Shown one piece after another: positions 62,623-64,000 of a stretch of 64,000 bases of DNA. The stretch is taken from positions 558,001 to 622,000 of the forward strand of contig JBNJNM010000011.1 of the NCBI GenBank assembly GCA_052426225.1, read 5' to 3'. The translations under genes and the position numbers were made by a program. The notes under the pieces are model-generated. The model searched no databases, was not told the origin of the DNA, and saw only the letters and a list, made by a program, of their open reading frames with translations. The first letter of the stretch is position 1. Every line of letters begins with the position of its first letter. This stretch comes from Zancudomyces culisetae HAW-14-8 (Eukaryota > Fungi > Kickxellomycota).

Positions 62623-63887
62623 ATGGGCAGAAGAGGGGATAGTGGTAGAAATAGAGACAGAGACAGGGATGGTGGAGGTGAAGATGGCAGAGACAGGGAT
62701 AGAGACAGAGACAGAGACAGAGACAGAGACAGAGACAGAGACAGAGACAGAGACAGAGACAGAGACAGATATAAAAATGATTATAAGAGCAGGGATGCTC
62801 AAGATTCTATTTCTATACGTGACAAACTTCACAGCACCACACCACGTAGCTCTAGAGACGATAAAAACAATTCTAGAAAAGACGAATATAAATCTTCCAG
62901 ACACTACCAAGAAGAAAGAGGCGTGAATTCAAAAAGAAAAATCCATAGGGTTTATTACAAAGATGAAGATAAAGCACAACCTGCAAAGAAAATTGGAAAA
63001 ACAATGGATGATGACAGAAATGAAGGGTAAGATTATACATTCTATTTATTGTTTTCTTAGGGTGTTGAGGTATTTTTAAATGCAAGAAATCGACTTTTAC
63101 TTAGTAGGAAAAAGACCGAGCACGAGAAAGTCGAACCAAATTTTGAATTATCTGGGAGTTTAGCTAAAGATACAAACAAGATTGAAGGTGTAGTAGTGAA
63201 GTATAACGAGCCGGCTGAAGCCAGGAGACCCAAGGACAAATGGAGATTGTATGTCTTTAAGGGAGATGAGGAAATTGGTAGGTATAGTTGGTTTTGCTTA
63301 TTTTACGGTTTACTTGGCAAATTATGGGATTTTTCAGGTATCAACACAAATACAGTACGAAGCGATAAATATGAACGTATTTATCTTATTTAGACATGTT
63401 GATGGTTCATAACTCTAGTGCGTATTTATTTGGAAGAGATCGAAAGGTAAAAAATAGAAAAGCTTTGCACGGAAATATGTGTAATACATATTAAAGATTT
63501 AAAAGTCCATTCAAATAAACGGTAATAATAACTGTGGTGATAATCATAGATTGCAGATATACCAACTGATCATCCCAGTTGCTCCAGTCAGCATGCGGTT
63601 CTGCAGTATCGACAAATAAACAACGAAATTAGGTATGGTTTTACAGATATTTTAGCTATACATTTATTGATATGCAAATACCTTAAGAACACGAACATTT
63701 CTAATATACTTGTGCTGAAACTGTACTACGTGATAGGCCATACCTGATAGACATGGACTCAACAAATGGAACGTACGTCAACAAGGACAAGATTCCAACA
63801 CAAAGATACTTCAGGCTGTTTTCCAAAGATGTAATAAAATTTGGATATAGCAGTCGAGATTACGTACTTGTGAGGGAGGAAGAATAG
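62623..63887 (+). CDS. SNIP1: FHA-domain RES complex protein SNIP1/Pml1, 5 exons
   Basis: RD-rich N-terminus. Spliced PNFELSGSLAKDTN, KYNEPAEARRP..WRLYVFK, YLFGRDRK-IADIPTDHPSCSSQHAVLQYR, RPYLIDMDSTNGT, FGYSSRDYVL, ending TAG at 63887. Confidence 0.95.
62701..62766 (+). repeat. (AGAGAC)11 coding hexamer repeat (Arg-Asp)
   Basis: 11 perfect copies within SNIP1 exon 1. Confidence 0.95.
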
Positions 63888-64000
63888 AGAAACGGCTTTT
63901 ATACAAGCAGCTTATGAGCCACAAGTTCTAGACAGGTGTAAGCGTCCTGTTTGGAGTCATGAGCAGAACTTTGTATAAAAGATTTTAAATACTTTGAGGC

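Noticed and set aside
62701-62766. Regular repeat array considered as CRISPR-like or telomeric
   Set aside because: A simple hexamer microsatellite encoding the RD tract typical of SNIP1-type splicing factors; there are no spacers.

Overview
AT-rich eukaryotic genomic DNA with short spliceosomal introns. Gene content and protein divergence point to a fungus, probably an early-diverging lineage such as Zoopagomycota/Harpellales (inference only). I can support 19 protein-coding genes. Several are multi-exon and were missed or fragmented by the ORF track, so I reconstructed them by hand. In order: amino-acid permease (5'-truncated), ammonium transporter, Sec7 ARF-GEF, DHA2 MFS transporter, SRP receptor beta, HDDC2 nucleotidase, SUN/GH132 glucanase, Spt3, NDUFS5, Uso1/p115, a NIPA-like membrane protein, an orphan secreted protein, an Mdm1/SNX-RGS protein, a bacterial-type cytidylate kinase, an S28 peptidase, an orphan Q-rich protein, Hir1, a non-canonical cytochrome P450 and SNIP1/Pml1. 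I recognised no rRNA, tRNA, CRISPR array or intact transposon. Most notable: (1) a bacterial-family Cmk with two introns (the first GC-AG) and a mitochondrial-type presequence; (2) a G-rich-to-C-rich gradient inside several long genes, apparently strong enough to shape amino-acid composition; (3) a hairpin-rich, GC-elevated island at about 1.35-1.51 kb and palindromes in the 50-54 kb gene desert, both possible ncRNA or regulatory elements; (4) proteins with altered key motifs (P450, PX domain, Amt loops).
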